Part shown: piece by piece, positions 46,220-57,398 of the stretch | Layout: the number at the start of each line of letters is the position of its first letter | Position numbering within the stretch: the stretch's first letter is position 1 | NCBI GenBank assembly: GCA_963840135.1 | Contig: CAWIXX010000017.1 | Location: 263,691-327,690 of the forward strand | Length of the DNA stretch: 64,000 nucleotides | Origin: an uncultured Verrucomicrobiae bacterium | GTDB taxonomy: Bacteria; Verrucomicrobiota; Verrucomicrobiia; Chthoniobacterales; UBA10450 | Direction of reading: 5' to 3' | Position numbers and translations under genes: made by a program | The notes under the pieces: model-generated | Told to the model about the DNA's origin: nothing | Databases searched by the model: none | The model's input: the letters and a program-made list of their open reading frames with translations, nothing else

Positions 46220-46295
46220 CCACGGGCCTGTGGCCAGTCTTGAGCAATCTGCTTAGTGTTGAATGGAGATAAACGGCCCAGAGGGCCATGGCTAC
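46216..46295. repeat. Family C-related REPIN-like inverted doublet
   Basis: GTAGCCACGGGCCTGTGGCC ... GGCCCAGAGGGCCATGGCTAC. Confidence 0.75.
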
Positions 46296-46333
46296 AGCTA
46301 TGACTGGCCGACTTGGCCTGGTGCGGCGCGCTC

Positions 46334-46528
46334 CTATCTCGTGAATATCGATTTCACTCCGGCGATAAGAAGGACTGTGTCTAGAAAAAGCGAAATTACC
46401 CGGACAGCAAGATGCCTGCTTCCCAGATACGAGCCCATAATGCCGCCAATGATCGCCGCTGCTGCAAGGATAAGACCAAGCGAAGGAATTAAATGAACCC
46501 AAAGAAGAACGAGATGTGTGGTGTCCAT
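46334..46528 (-). pseudogene. Possible 3' remnant of a TauE/SafE (TSUP) membrane transporter, or a small 2-TM protein
   Basis: 64 aa. LGLILAAAAIIGGIMGSYLGSRHL...LFLDTVLLIAGVKSIF resembles the last two helices of TSUP proteins. Repeat elements lie immediately upstream. Confidence 0.3.
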
Positions 46529-46533
46529 GCTTT

Positions 46534-46632
46534 GTCATGTCGAGGGGAATCGAGACATCCCGGTTTAACAAGAACGCCGACGAGGCATTCGCCAGCAACA
46601 GCCAGAGATTCCTCGACTTCGCCCGGAATGAC
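46534..46632. repeat. Family A element (degenerate left arm, good right arm)
   Basis: GTCATGTCGAGGGGAATCGAGACATC ... GAGATTCCTCGACTTCGCCCGGAATGAC. Confidence 0.55.
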
Positions 46633-46721
46633 AAGAATCGTATCGTGATTCGTCCGTCGCAGCGTTAAACCGTTACATCGGATCTACGATTCGACCGTTC
46701 AACGATTTAACCTTGCGCAGC

Positions 46722-48947
46722 ATGACAAGTCCCTTCCGCTTTGGATTTCTCGCGTTAACGTGGTTGGTGACATCGAGCGACCCTTTTGCTGAGGCCAAGC
46801 CTGCGCAGCCTGAACACACCAACCGTCTTGCGCAGGAGAAGTCGCCGTATCTTCTTCAGCACGCGCATAATCCCGTCGATTGGTATCCATGGGGGGAAGA
46901 AGCGTTCGCGAGGGCGCGCCGGGAAAACAAACCGATCTTTCTTTCGGTTGGTTATTCCACCTGTCACTGGTGCCATGTCATGGCGCACGAATCGTTCGAA
47001 AACGAAGACGTGGCCGCAGTCATGAATCGCGAATTTGTGAACATCAAAGTGGACCGGGAAGAGCGCCCCGATGTTGATCGCGTTTACATGACGTTTGTGC
47101 AAGCGACTACGGGCGGTGGTGGCTGGCCGATGAGTGTTTGGTTGACGCCTGGCCTGAAGCCATTTGTTGGCGGAACCTATTTTCCGTCGGAGGAACGATT
47201 CGGTCAGCCGGCTTTCAAGACCGTGCTCGAACGAATCGCGGCGGCTTGGAAGGAAAATCACGACAAAATTGTCGAGCAAGGCGGCAAGATCGTTGAGGCG
47301 CTGCGTGAATCTCAATCGGCGACAACTGCCGCAGGAAAGATCGATGCAACGATCTTAGATGCTGCTTACCGGCAACTTGACCGTAGTTACGACCCGAAGG
47401 AAGGCGGTTTTGGAAATGCCCCTAAGTTTCCGCGACCGGCGACGCTCAACTTCCTGACGCGATTCTACGCGCGCGCTCCCAAGGGTGAATCCGGCAAACA
47501 CGCGCTGGAGATGGCTTTGTTCACGCTGCGCAAAATGGCCGCAGGCGGAATGCACGATCATATCGGCGGTGGGTTCCATCGTTACTCGGTCGATCGCTAC
47601 TGGCACGTGCCGCATTTCGAAAAGATGCTTTATGATCAGGCGCAACTTGCTGTCGCTTATCTCGATGCATTTCAGATTACGCGGGATTGGCAGTACGAAT
47701 CAGTGGCGCGCGACATTCTCGATTACGTCGGCCGTGACATGACTTCGAAGGAAGGTGGCTTCTTCTCCGCCGAAGACGCCGACAGTCCTGTAGCCGCGGG
47801 CGCCGACCGCGGCCATGCGGAGACCAAGGAAGGCGCATTCTACATCTGGACGAAGAAAGAAATCGATGATGCGCTGGGAGATATCGCCGAGATTTTCGCT
47901 TTTCATTACGGGGTGCAGCCCCATGGAAATGCGCCGGAAGGGAGCGATCCCCAGGATGAATTCCGTGGCGAAAATATTTTGATTGAACGCCATACGATTG
48001 CAGAGACCGCAAAGCACTTTGGGAAAACCGAGGGAGAAATTCGAAAACTCCTAGCGCAGTGTCGCGAGAAACTGTTTTCCATTCGTGCCAGACGGCCGCG
48101 CCCTCATCTCGACGACAAGATCATCGCCGCCTGGAACGGCCTGATGATTTCTGCTTATGCCCGCGGCGCGCAAGTACTCGACGAACCTCGTTACCTGGAA
48201 ATCGCAACGCGCGCAGCGAAATTCCTCAGGACAAATCTCTATGAAGAAAAGAGCAAATCGCTCTATCGCAACTATCGCGGCGGCCGCAGCGATATCGAGG
48301 GCTTCGCCGACGATTACGCATTCACGATTCAGGGTCTTCTCGATCTTTACGAAGCTTCGTTCGATGTCGAATGGCTGAAATTCGCGGTCGAATTGCAGGG
48401 GACGCAGGACCGCTTGTTTTTTGACGAGAAGAACGGCGGTTATTTCAGCACGAGCGGCGAAGATAAAAGCGTCTTTCTCCGAATGAAAGACGATAACGAC
48501 GGGGCAGAGCCTGCTGCAAGCTCGGTCGCGGCCCTGAATCTTTTCCGGCTGGCACAATTTCGCGATGACAAACAGAGGTCGGAGCGCGCGCGAAAAACGA
48601 TCGACGCATTTGCGACAACTCTTTCGCATTTCCCCAGCGCCATGCCGCAAATGCTGGTGGCGCTCGACGCCGCGTTAAGCAAACCGCGCCAGATCGTGAT
48701 CACCGGTAAAAAGGATGCTCCTGAAACCAAAGCGCTCCTTAGAGAAGTGAATAGGCATTTTCTGCCGAAAACCGTTCTGGTTCTCGCGGATGGCGCGGAA
48801 GACCAGAAATATCTTGGCGAGAAAAATGACGCGATTCGCGCGATGTCGCCGATCAATGGAAAATCGGCCGCTTACGTTTGCGAAAATTTTACCTGCAAAG
48901 CGCCGGTGACCGCTGCGGCGGAACTCGCCGAGTTGCTAAAGTTGTAG
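46722..48947 (+). CDS. Thioredoxin-domain protein of the DUF255/YyaL family (thioredoxin-like + six-hairpin glycosidase-like)
   Basis: [47 protein letters not shown] and [12 protein letters not shown]. Signal-like N-terminus. Alternative TTG start at 46713. Confidence 0.85.
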   Translation: MTSPFRFGFLALTWLVTSSDPFAEAKPAQPEHTNRLAQEKSPYLLQHAHNPVDWYPWGEEAFARARRENKPIFLSVGYSTCHWCHVMAHESFENEDVAAVMNREFVNIKVDREERPDVDRVYMTFVQATTGGGGWPMSVWLTPGLKPFVGGTYFPSEERFGQPAFKTVLERIAAAWKENHDKIVEQGGKIVEALRESQSATTAAGKIDATILDAAYRQLDRSYDPKEGGFGNAPKFPRPATLNFLTRFYARAPKGESGKHALEMALFTLRKMAAGGMHDHIGGGFHRYSVDRYWHVPHFEKMLYDQAQLAVAYLDAFQITRDWQYESVARDILDYVGRDMTSKEGGFFSAEDADSPVAAGADRGHAETKEGAFYIWTKKEIDDALGDIAEIFAFHYGVQPHGNAPEGSDPQDEFRGENILIERHTIAETAKHFGKTEGEIRKLLAQCREKLFSIRARRPRPHLDDKIIAAWNGLMISAYARGAQVLDEPRYLEIATRAAKFLRTNLYEEKSKSLYRNYRGGRSDIEGFADDYAFTIQGLLDLYEASFDVEWLKFAVELQGTQDRLFFDEKNGGYFSTSGEDKSVFLRMKDDNDGAEPAASSVAALNLFRLAQFRDDKQRSERARKTIDAFATTLSHFPSAMPQMLVALDAALSKPRQIVITGKKDAPETKALLREVNRHFLPKTVLVLADGAEDQKYLGEKNDAIRAMSPINGKSAAYVCENFTCKAPVTAAAELAELLKL
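47790..47813 (+). repeat. Family C REP-like singlet inside the DUF255 gene
   Basis: GTAGCCGCGGGCGCCGACCGCGGC, one mismatch to the other copies. Translated as VAAGADRG. Confidence 0.8.
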
Positions 48948-49075
48948 GGCGTCTGTGCCAGACGCCAGCCCGTGAAAGCGGCGTTTCACAGAATGGAGCC
49001 GGGGGGGAGCCGAGCGAGATGGACGGGCAGGTCCAGAGACCGAGGGAGCGGGAGCGAGCGAGTCAAACGCCCCAC
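48944..49075. repeat. Family B element
   Basis: GTAGGGCGTCTGTGCCAGACGCC ... GTCAAACGCCCCAC. Aligns along its length with 22464-22586. Confidence 0.8.
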
Positions 49076-49087
49076 ATTGATTTCGAG

Positions 49088-49654
49088 CTACTTGCTGCCG
49101 GGCTTAACGACCGGAATTTTTGCGAGATCCGGCGGGAGATTGTCGGCCGGAAAGTTTTCAACACTCATCTCGGCGAGGCTCACGAACGGACAGCCGAAAT
49201 CGGGTTTCGCTTCACCGCTGCGATCGACAATGACTCCGACTGCGGAGACGATACCGCCATGTGCCCGGACGATATCGATTGTTTCCTGCACGCGTCCGCC
49301 ACGTGTCACCACGTCTTCGACAACAACGAACTTTTCATCCGGCGAAATTTGAAAACCGCGCCGCAAGACGAGCTTGCCCTCGTTTTTTTCCACAAAGATG
49401 TGGCGTTTGCCTAACGAGCGGCCGACCTCCTGGCCGACGATGATTCCGCCGAGGGCAGGGGAGATCACCGCGTCGCAATCGAATTTGTGCAGTTTATCCG
49501 CGAGCCATCCGCAAACTTTTGCAGCGATCCGCGTGTCCTGAAGAAGCAAAGCGCATTGGAAATACTCGCGGCTGTGCAAACCGGAGCGCAAAATGAAGTG
49601 GCCCTCCAGCAGCGCACCGGTCTCGCGAAAAAGGGCGAGAATGTCTTCGCTCAT
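49088..49654 (-). CDS. pyrE: Orotate phosphoribosyltransferase
   Basis: 188 aa. GHFILRSGLHSREYFQ and PRPP motif VVVEDVVTRGGR. Confidence 0.9.
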   Translation of the reverse strand: MSEDILALFRETGALLEGHFILRSGLHSREYFQCALLLQDTRIAAKVCGWLADKLHKFDCDAVISPALGGIIVGQEVGRSLGKRHIFVEKNEGKLVLRRGFQISPDEKFVVVEDVVTRGGRVQETIDIVRAHGGIVSAVGVIVDRSGEAKPDFGCPFVSLAEMSVENFPADNLPPDLAKIPVVKPGSK

Positions 49655-49657
49655 ATT

Positions 49658-49715
49658 GTAGGGCGTTTCTGTGAAACGCCATTTATGGATTTGGCGTCTG
49701 ACACAGACGCCCTAC
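49658..49715. repeat. Family B short REPIN-like doublet
   Basis: GTAGGGCGTTTCTGTGAAACGCC - 12 nt - GGCGTCTGACACAGACGCCCTAC, two inverted GTAG-headed hairpins. Confidence 0.8.
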
Positions 49716-49732
49716 AAACAATTGTGATCATT

Positions 49733-50149
49733 TCACCCGGAGGTGTCGTAAGCCGTTTGACCATCATTGTTATCCGCCACAGCAATAACTTCGATTTCTA
49801 CATTTGCTCCCTTGGGCAATGCTGAAACCTCGACAGTGGAACGGGCGGGAGGATCCTGTTTGAAGTACGAACCATAAATTTCGTTAACAGTCTGGAAATC
49901 GCCAAGGTTTGTAAGGAAAATCGTTGTCTTAACCACATGATCGAAAGTCAGGTCCTCAGCCTTCAAAATGCCTGAGATGTTGTCGAGTACGCGCCTGGTC
50001 TGCGCCGCAATATCGCCGGGAACGATCTGGCCCGATTTTGGGTCAAGCGGAATTTGACCGCTGCAAAATAGAAAGCTTCCGCTGCGGATCGCTTGCGAGT
50101 AGGGACCAATCGCCCCTGGAGCTTCGCTTGTGGAAATGATTTTCTTCAT
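49733..50149 (-). CDS. ridA: RidA/YjgF-family reactive intermediate deaminase
   Basis: MKKIISTSEAPGAIGPYSQAI...ARSTVEVSALPKGANVEIEVIA. ATG at 50149 is preferred over the ORF-track start at 50188. Confidence 0.85.
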   Translation of the reverse strand: MKKIISTSEAPGAIGPYSQAIRSGSFLFCSGQIPLDPKSGQIVPGDIAAQTRRVLDNISGILKAEDLTFDHVVKTTIFLTNLGDFQTVNEIYGSYFKQDPPARSTVEVSALPKGANVEIEVIAVADNNDGQTAYDTSG

Positions 50150-50184
50150 GCGTGCGAGCTTAAACGCCGATGCGCGTCGCGCAA

Positions 50185-51057
50185 TCACGGTGATGCCGCA
50201 CCTTGCTGTCTTTGCCGATCGACCTTCTGGCGAAAATCCTTCTCGCTTTCGCTCAGATAACGATTGTAACCGTCAGGATCGACAAAAGCATTTGCGTCAC
50301 CACGCATCAAACGTTCGTGCTTATCCACGAAATGAAAGAACCATCCGTGGGATGCGAGAAAAATATCGCACGGCAAGGTTTTTAAGAGGGCGAACGATTT
50401 TACAAAGTCAGCCCCGATGCCGGGATAGCTTTCTTGTCCAACGAATTTGTAGTCGAGCGAGCTTTGGCTGCCGACGAAAACAACGTCGTACGTTCTGCCG
50501 CCTTCTCGGACTTTGGTCGTCCAGGTGGTGTTTCCTCTAGTGTGTCCCGGAGTCAAATGCGCGGTCATCACTTGATCACCGAGTTGAAGCGATTCGCCAT
50601 CAAGTATGATTTTGTCTGGTTCAATCGGTGGAAAAAGCAGGGTGTCGCCGAATCGAAAGTCGCCGTGCCCGCCCTTGCGCAGCAGGCCGGCGTCGCCTTC
50701 GCTCGCAACAAATTTCGCCCCGGTTACCTTCTTGAGCTCAGCCAGGCCGCCGGCGTGATCGTAGTGCGCATGGCTGTTGAGCAAATATTTCACGTCGCTC
50801 AACCTGAAACCAAGCTGCACGATGTTGTGCTCAATTTGCGAGGCGGTTTCGACAAATCCGCCATCCAGAAGGAAATGGCCCCGGGGCGTCGTGATTAAAT
50901 ATGACGTGATTTCGATTGCGCCGACATAATAAAGATTTCCGGCGATCCGGAAGGGTGGTATCGGTTTGTTCCATTCCCGGCTAGTCGCGTCAGCCTGACC
51001 ATTCGCGGCCCCCGTAGCAACCAGAACCAAGGCAACCATGATGTCGATCTTCCTCAC
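50185..51057 (-). CDS. Subclass B3-like metallo-beta-lactamase-fold hydrolase
   Basis: 290 aa with a signal peptide. HAHYDHAGG (HxHxDH), [11 protein letters not shown] and LASHGW. All expected Zn ligands appear present. Confidence 0.75.
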   Translation of the reverse strand: MRKIDIMVALVLVATGAANGQADATSREWNKPIPPFRIAGNLYYVGAIEITSYLITTPRGHFLLDGGFVETASQIEHNIVQLGFRLSDVKYLLNSHAHYDHAGGLAELKKVTGAKFVASEGDAGLLRKGGHGDFRFGDTLLFPPIEPDKIILDGESLQLGDQVMTAHLTPGHTRGNTTWTTKVREGGRTYDVVFVGSQSSLDYKFVGQESYPGIGADFVKSFALLKTLPCDIFLASHGWFFHFVDKHERLMRGDANAFVDPDGYNRYLSESEKDFRQKVDRQRQQGAASP

Positions 51058-51122
51058 GGCCGAGCTTAACGACCGGGGCTGGGAATGACAAATGGCCGAA
51101 TCTCGTCGATATTGGGAGTGAA

Positions 51123-54122
<3,000 letters not shown>

Positions 54123-54132
54123 CGAGATCTGG

Positions 54133-54235
54133 AAAGCGGCGGAGCAACGCCGCACTCCAAGACGCGACGACTGGGATGTGCTCGAAATCCGGCCACGCTT
54201 AGGAGTTCGGTAGTGCTCTAGCGCTTTAATCGCCT
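54133..54235. repeat. Family D intergenic repeat
   Basis: AGCGGCGGAGCAACGCCGCACTCCAAGACGCG, downstream of secA. Boundaries are approximate. Confidence 0.5.
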
Positions 54236-54422
54236 GCGCGGGGCACCGCCTGAGTTGTTATTCCGAGCGAAGTCAATGAATGGAGCGAGTGGACGAGCGG
54301 CATGGACGGAAATGCCGCGAAGGTAGCGGCGAGAGAGTCGAGAGACGACCAAGTTCAATCTCTAATTCCTTAGGGATTATCGATTCCGCTGCGGGGCGGG
54401 AGACTCCGCCCGACATGAAAAA

Positions 54423-54815
54423 TCAGGACGACTCTGGCAATTCGTAAGTAGTGATCTCCAGCTGGTGGCCGTCGGGATCGCGGAAATAGATGGAGTGCGA
54501 GATTTCGTGATCCTGGAATTCGAATTTGATTCCGCGTTTTTCTAGCTCGCGTTGTGCGCCGAGAAAATTTTTACGGTTCGCACGAAAAGCGAGGTGAAGC
54601 ATTCGAAGTTCGCGGTGACTTGACGATGTCGATTTTGTATTCGGGTTGGCGGGAAACAACGCAACCCCGGTGTTTCCTTTGCCGATAAAGGTCGGCACTC
54701 CGTTCCACATGCCTTCGTGAAGTCGTTCGAATCCGAGAACTTCAATATACCATTTCGCCGATCGCTCGATGTCGCGCACGCCGAGAGCTACATGATCAAT
54801 TCCTTCAAGTTGCAT
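54423..54815 (-). CDS. VOC-family (glyoxalase/bleomycin resistance/dioxygenase) protein
   Basis: 130 aa. IDHVALGVRDIERSAKWYIEVLGF and HSIYFRDPDGHQLEI. Confidence 0.75.
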   Translation of the reverse strand: MQLEGIDHVALGVRDIERSAKWYIEVLGFERLHEGMWNGVPTFIGKGNTGVALFPANPNTKSTSSSHRELRMLHLAFRANRKNFLGAQRELEKRGIKFEFQDHEISHSIYFRDPDGHQLEITTYELPESS

Positions 54816-54889
54816 GAGAAGTTTCCCGCAGAACTTACAAAATTGCTTCGATCAGTGAAATAAGGGAATTACTGCGTGGGGTATCGGGA

Positions 54890-54923
54890 GGTGGAACGCG
54901 TTGTCCTCAACGCATTGGCACTC
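54890..54923 (+). repeat. Family E GTGG-headed REP-like element
   Basis: GGTGGAACGCGTTGTCCTCAACGCATTGGCACTC. Near-identical to the copy at 62123. Confidence 0.65.
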
Positions 54924-54990
54924 AATACGGCTGTAGTCCCCGATCATAAGCGAAGCATCGGAGCGGCCGACCGTTCGCTGCATCGCCTGG

Positions 54991-55500
54991 TTAGGCCATT
55001 CCGGCATAACTCTTCTGGTATGCCGCCCATTGCCGGATGATGCTCTGGAAAGCCTGACGTCTCGCCTGAAAATCAGTATCACTCTTTAAGGATAGAAGCG
55101 CTCTGTCCTTGGAGGGCCAAGTCAGCAAGCGCTGGGAGTCATCAATCCCCTCGCTGACGCTAGAGTCGGCGCGAACCTTCGCGCCACAGTAAAGCACAAT
55201 GTCCAACTGCGTCGGCTTGTGGCTAGCGATAGTGGCAAACCAGCCGTGGCAATAAAAGCTGGGCGAGTTCCACTTAATGCCCTCGGTAATCGCAGGATCG
55301 GCAGCCAAAATCGTTCGGCGCACCGCCTCAAGTGTCGGCTTCAGTCGATGTGTCATTGCGGTGAGGAGCGCGGTGACGCCGGGACTGTCGTTGTGCTCGC
55401 TACGGGACGATGCGGGAACTGCGTCCCGCTTCGAGGTTGCTTGCTTCGTCTTTTTTGGCGTTCGCATATCAGTGCCGCCATCGAGGGGCCTAACGCCCAA
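54991..55500 (-). CDS. DUF1801 (YdhG-like) domain protein
   Basis: ITEGIKWNSPSFYCHGWFATI motif. Start is uncertain (Met at 55467 also possible). Confidence 0.55.
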   Translation of the reverse strand: MGVRPLDGGTDMRTPKKTKQATSKRDAVPASSRSEHNDSPGVTALLTAMTHRLKPTLEAVRRTILAADPAITEGIKWNSPSFYCHGWFATIASHKPTQLDIVLYCGAKVRADSSVSEGIDDSQRLLTWPSKDRALLSLKSDTDFQARRQAFQSIIRQWAAYQKSYAGMA

Positions 55501-55569
55501 GCTCAGCCGCGGGCGCGCCGGAGCAAAGCGGAGGCGTGGCCGTCGACTGGAGCGCCTTGTTGGGCATGG

Positions 55570-55920
55570 TTACGCCAGCAGCTCATAAAACGACAATCGG
55601 TTGCCAAAAGGATCCCCGAACTCAAAATATCTAACGGCTTCTGGAACAGTTTCAATTTGGTCAACATTGATACTGAGGTTCGAAGCAAGCATCCGACTTG
55701 CTTCGATGTCGTGAGACTCGAAGCGCATTACTGACTGATTTGGCTCATTGATTTCACTTTCAAAGAGCTGCAACCAGCCCGAAGGGACGATTTGGAATTC
55801 CCAAACTCCAGGGGCTGGATTGACCTCCTCGACTTCTCCCAGCAGCTTGCGATACCACTCGACAGCCCGCTTCAGTTCTGTGACGGGCAGGCCAACGGTA
55901 AAACTCTTTATCTTGGTCAT
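55570..55920 (-). CDS. VOC-family protein (single glyoxalase-like module)
   Basis: 116 aa. VGLPVTELKRAVEWYRKLLG and FEFGDPFGNRLSF. Confidence 0.6.
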   Translation of the reverse strand: MTKIKSFTVGLPVTELKRAVEWYRKLLGEVEEVNPAPGVWEFQIVPSGWLQLFESEINEPNQSVMRFESHDIEASRMLASNLSINVDQIETVPEAVRYFEFGDPFGNRLSFYELLA

Positions 55921-55997
55921 GATAGTATGGCCTTCTTTATGCCTAACGAGAAGTAGGCGAATGTTCGTAAAAGATCACGAACATTTCTTCGTCTAAT

Positions 55998-56834
55998 TCA
56001 GTGCTTCCAAGCAGCAGCATGGGCACGCACGGGGTAACCAAAGCCTTTCAGGGTGACTTCGCCCAGGTCTTCGAATAGAAGGCCTTTGCCGAGGCATAAC
56101 TCGGCGATCGCGTTTGACACCAGGATTTGTTCCGGTTGCGCGTGAGCGCATAGGCGGGAGGCCAGTTGAACTGTTGATCCAAAGAGATCGTTATGTTGCT
56201 CGACGGGTTCGCCTGCTGCAGCGCCAACTCGGACCTTGAGCGCGCGTTCTGGGCTTGCTTGCCCGTGCTTGTCTAATTCGCGTTGAATCTGAATTGCGCA
56301 TCGAACGGCCCCTGCTGGTGAGATGAAGCAAGCCATAATGCCGTCGCCGGTATGCTTGATCTCGCGTCCGCCGAGAGCGGACAAGGCATCCCGCACAATC
56401 GTGTCGTGCACACCGAGCAAAGCCAGCGCTGCCTCGTCGCCGAGCGATTGAGTCAATGTCGTTGAATTTACAACGTCGGTGAACAAAACCGTACGAATTC
56501 CTGGATCTCGTGCGTCGGCTCCGCCACCGGGCAGAATCACGGCTCCCGCCGCATTTGTCTCGACGCTACCTAGAAATCCTTCCGCGAGCTCTGGTTGTAT
56601 TTCAATGATTTTCTCAGCCATCATTCCATGAGCCTCGCGATGCACGCACTCTGCTGCCTCTGCGTTTGGCGCATGAACGAGGCAAAAAACCTTCTTCCCA
56701 CTCTCGTTCACCCAGTATTTGCTGTACTCGACGCCATATTTCCGCTGCGTCTCCATATCCTTTGCATGGGCCTTTGCGACGTCTTCCGGAGTCGTTCCCT
56801 CCGGGAGATTATGAATGTCCATGTATAACGGCAT
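55998..56834 (-). CDS. DUF4242 domain fused to a class III adenylate/guanylate cyclase catalytic domain
   Basis: N-terminus MPLYMDIHNLPEGTTPEDVAKAHAKDMETQRKYGVEYSKYWV (DUF4242-like). C-terminus RTVLFTDVVNSTTLTQ...HTGDGIMACF...FGSTVQLASRL...LKGF. Confidence 0.75.
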   Translation of the reverse strand: MPLYMDIHNLPEGTTPEDVAKAHAKDMETQRKYGVEYSKYWVNESGKKVFCLVHAPNAEAAECVHREAHGMMAEKIIEIQPELAEGFLGSVETNAAGAVILPGGGADARDPGIRTVLFTDVVNSTTLTQSLGDEAALALLGVHDTIVRDALSALGGREIKHTGDGIMACFISPAGAVRCAIQIQRELDKHGQASPERALKVRVGAAAGEPVEQHNDLFGSTVQLASRLCAHAQPEQILVSNAIAELCLGKGLLFEDLGEVTLKGFGYPVRAHAAAWKH

Positions 56835-56845
56835 AGCGGAAGATT

Positions 56846-57358
56846 TTAGCGCGATATTACACGATGCAAAACGCTGATCGTGGCCGGATGGCTTAGCGTT
56901 TGGTAAACGACGCAGTAGCGCTCTGCCAGACGAATTAGCGTGGCGACCTGTTCATCGGTGGCATCGGTGTCAAGATCGAAATTTAGGCGGATTTCTTTGA
57001 ACCCAACTGGTACGTCTTTGGAAACGCCGAGCGTGCCACGAAAATCAAGATCGCCTTCCGCTGTAATGGTGGCGCCGCGCAAAGGAATGTTCAGAGCGGT
57101 AGCAACCGCGCTTAAAGTTACGCCTGCACAACCTACCAGCGCTTCGAGCAGCATGTCCGCCGAACATGCGCTCTGGCCATCGCCGCCTGTTGCCGGATGA
57201 AGCCCGGCTTCAACGCGCGCCTTTCCCGTTTCGATTTTACAGGTGACGTTTTCGGCGATTCGCCCTTCTGCACGGAGCGTGACCAACGCTGTCTCAGGAC
57301 GCTCGCGGTACTGCGCCTTCAGAGGCGCCTGCAATGATCTTAACTCGTCAGCAGTCAT
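56846..57358 (-). CDS. OsmC-family peroxiredoxin-like protein
   Basis: 170 aa. OsmC-like pattern with two Cys (SACSADMLLEAL, ERYCVVYQTL). Confidence 0.75.
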   Translation of the reverse strand: MTADELRSLQAPLKAQYRERPETALVTLRAEGRIAENVTCKIETGKARVEAGLHPATGGDGQSACSADMLLEALVGCAGVTLSAVATALNIPLRGATITAEGDLDFRGTLGVSKDVPVGFKEIRLNFDLDTDATDEQVATLIRLAERYCVVYQTLSHPATISVLHRVISR

Positions 57359-57369
57359 TTTTTTATAGG

Positions 57370-57396
57370 GGCGTTCGCCGCGGCGAACGCCGCTAC
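57370..57396 (-). repeat. GTAG-headed REP-like singlet with a perfect 22-nt palindrome
   Basis: GGCGTTCGCCGCGGCGAACGCC (57370-57391) followed by GCTAC. Lies between the BBE oxidase stop and the OsmC start. Confidence 0.65.
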
Positions 57397-57398
57397 AA

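Noticed and set aside
45945-46634. 229-aa minus-strand ORF (MSFRAKSRNLWLLL...)
   Set aside because: It starts inside a family A repeat and runs antisense through the DUF309 gene and the REP doublet. Its composition is Arg/Ser/His-rich and non-protein-like.
48051-48650. 199-aa minus-strand ORF inside the DUF255 gene
   Set aside because: It is an antisense shadow ORF, and the sense gene is well supported across this interval.
54852-55082. 76-aa minus-strand ORF between the VOC and DUF1801 genes
   Set aside because: It overlaps a family E repeat and the 3' end of the DUF1801 gene. No motifs, and composition is poor.
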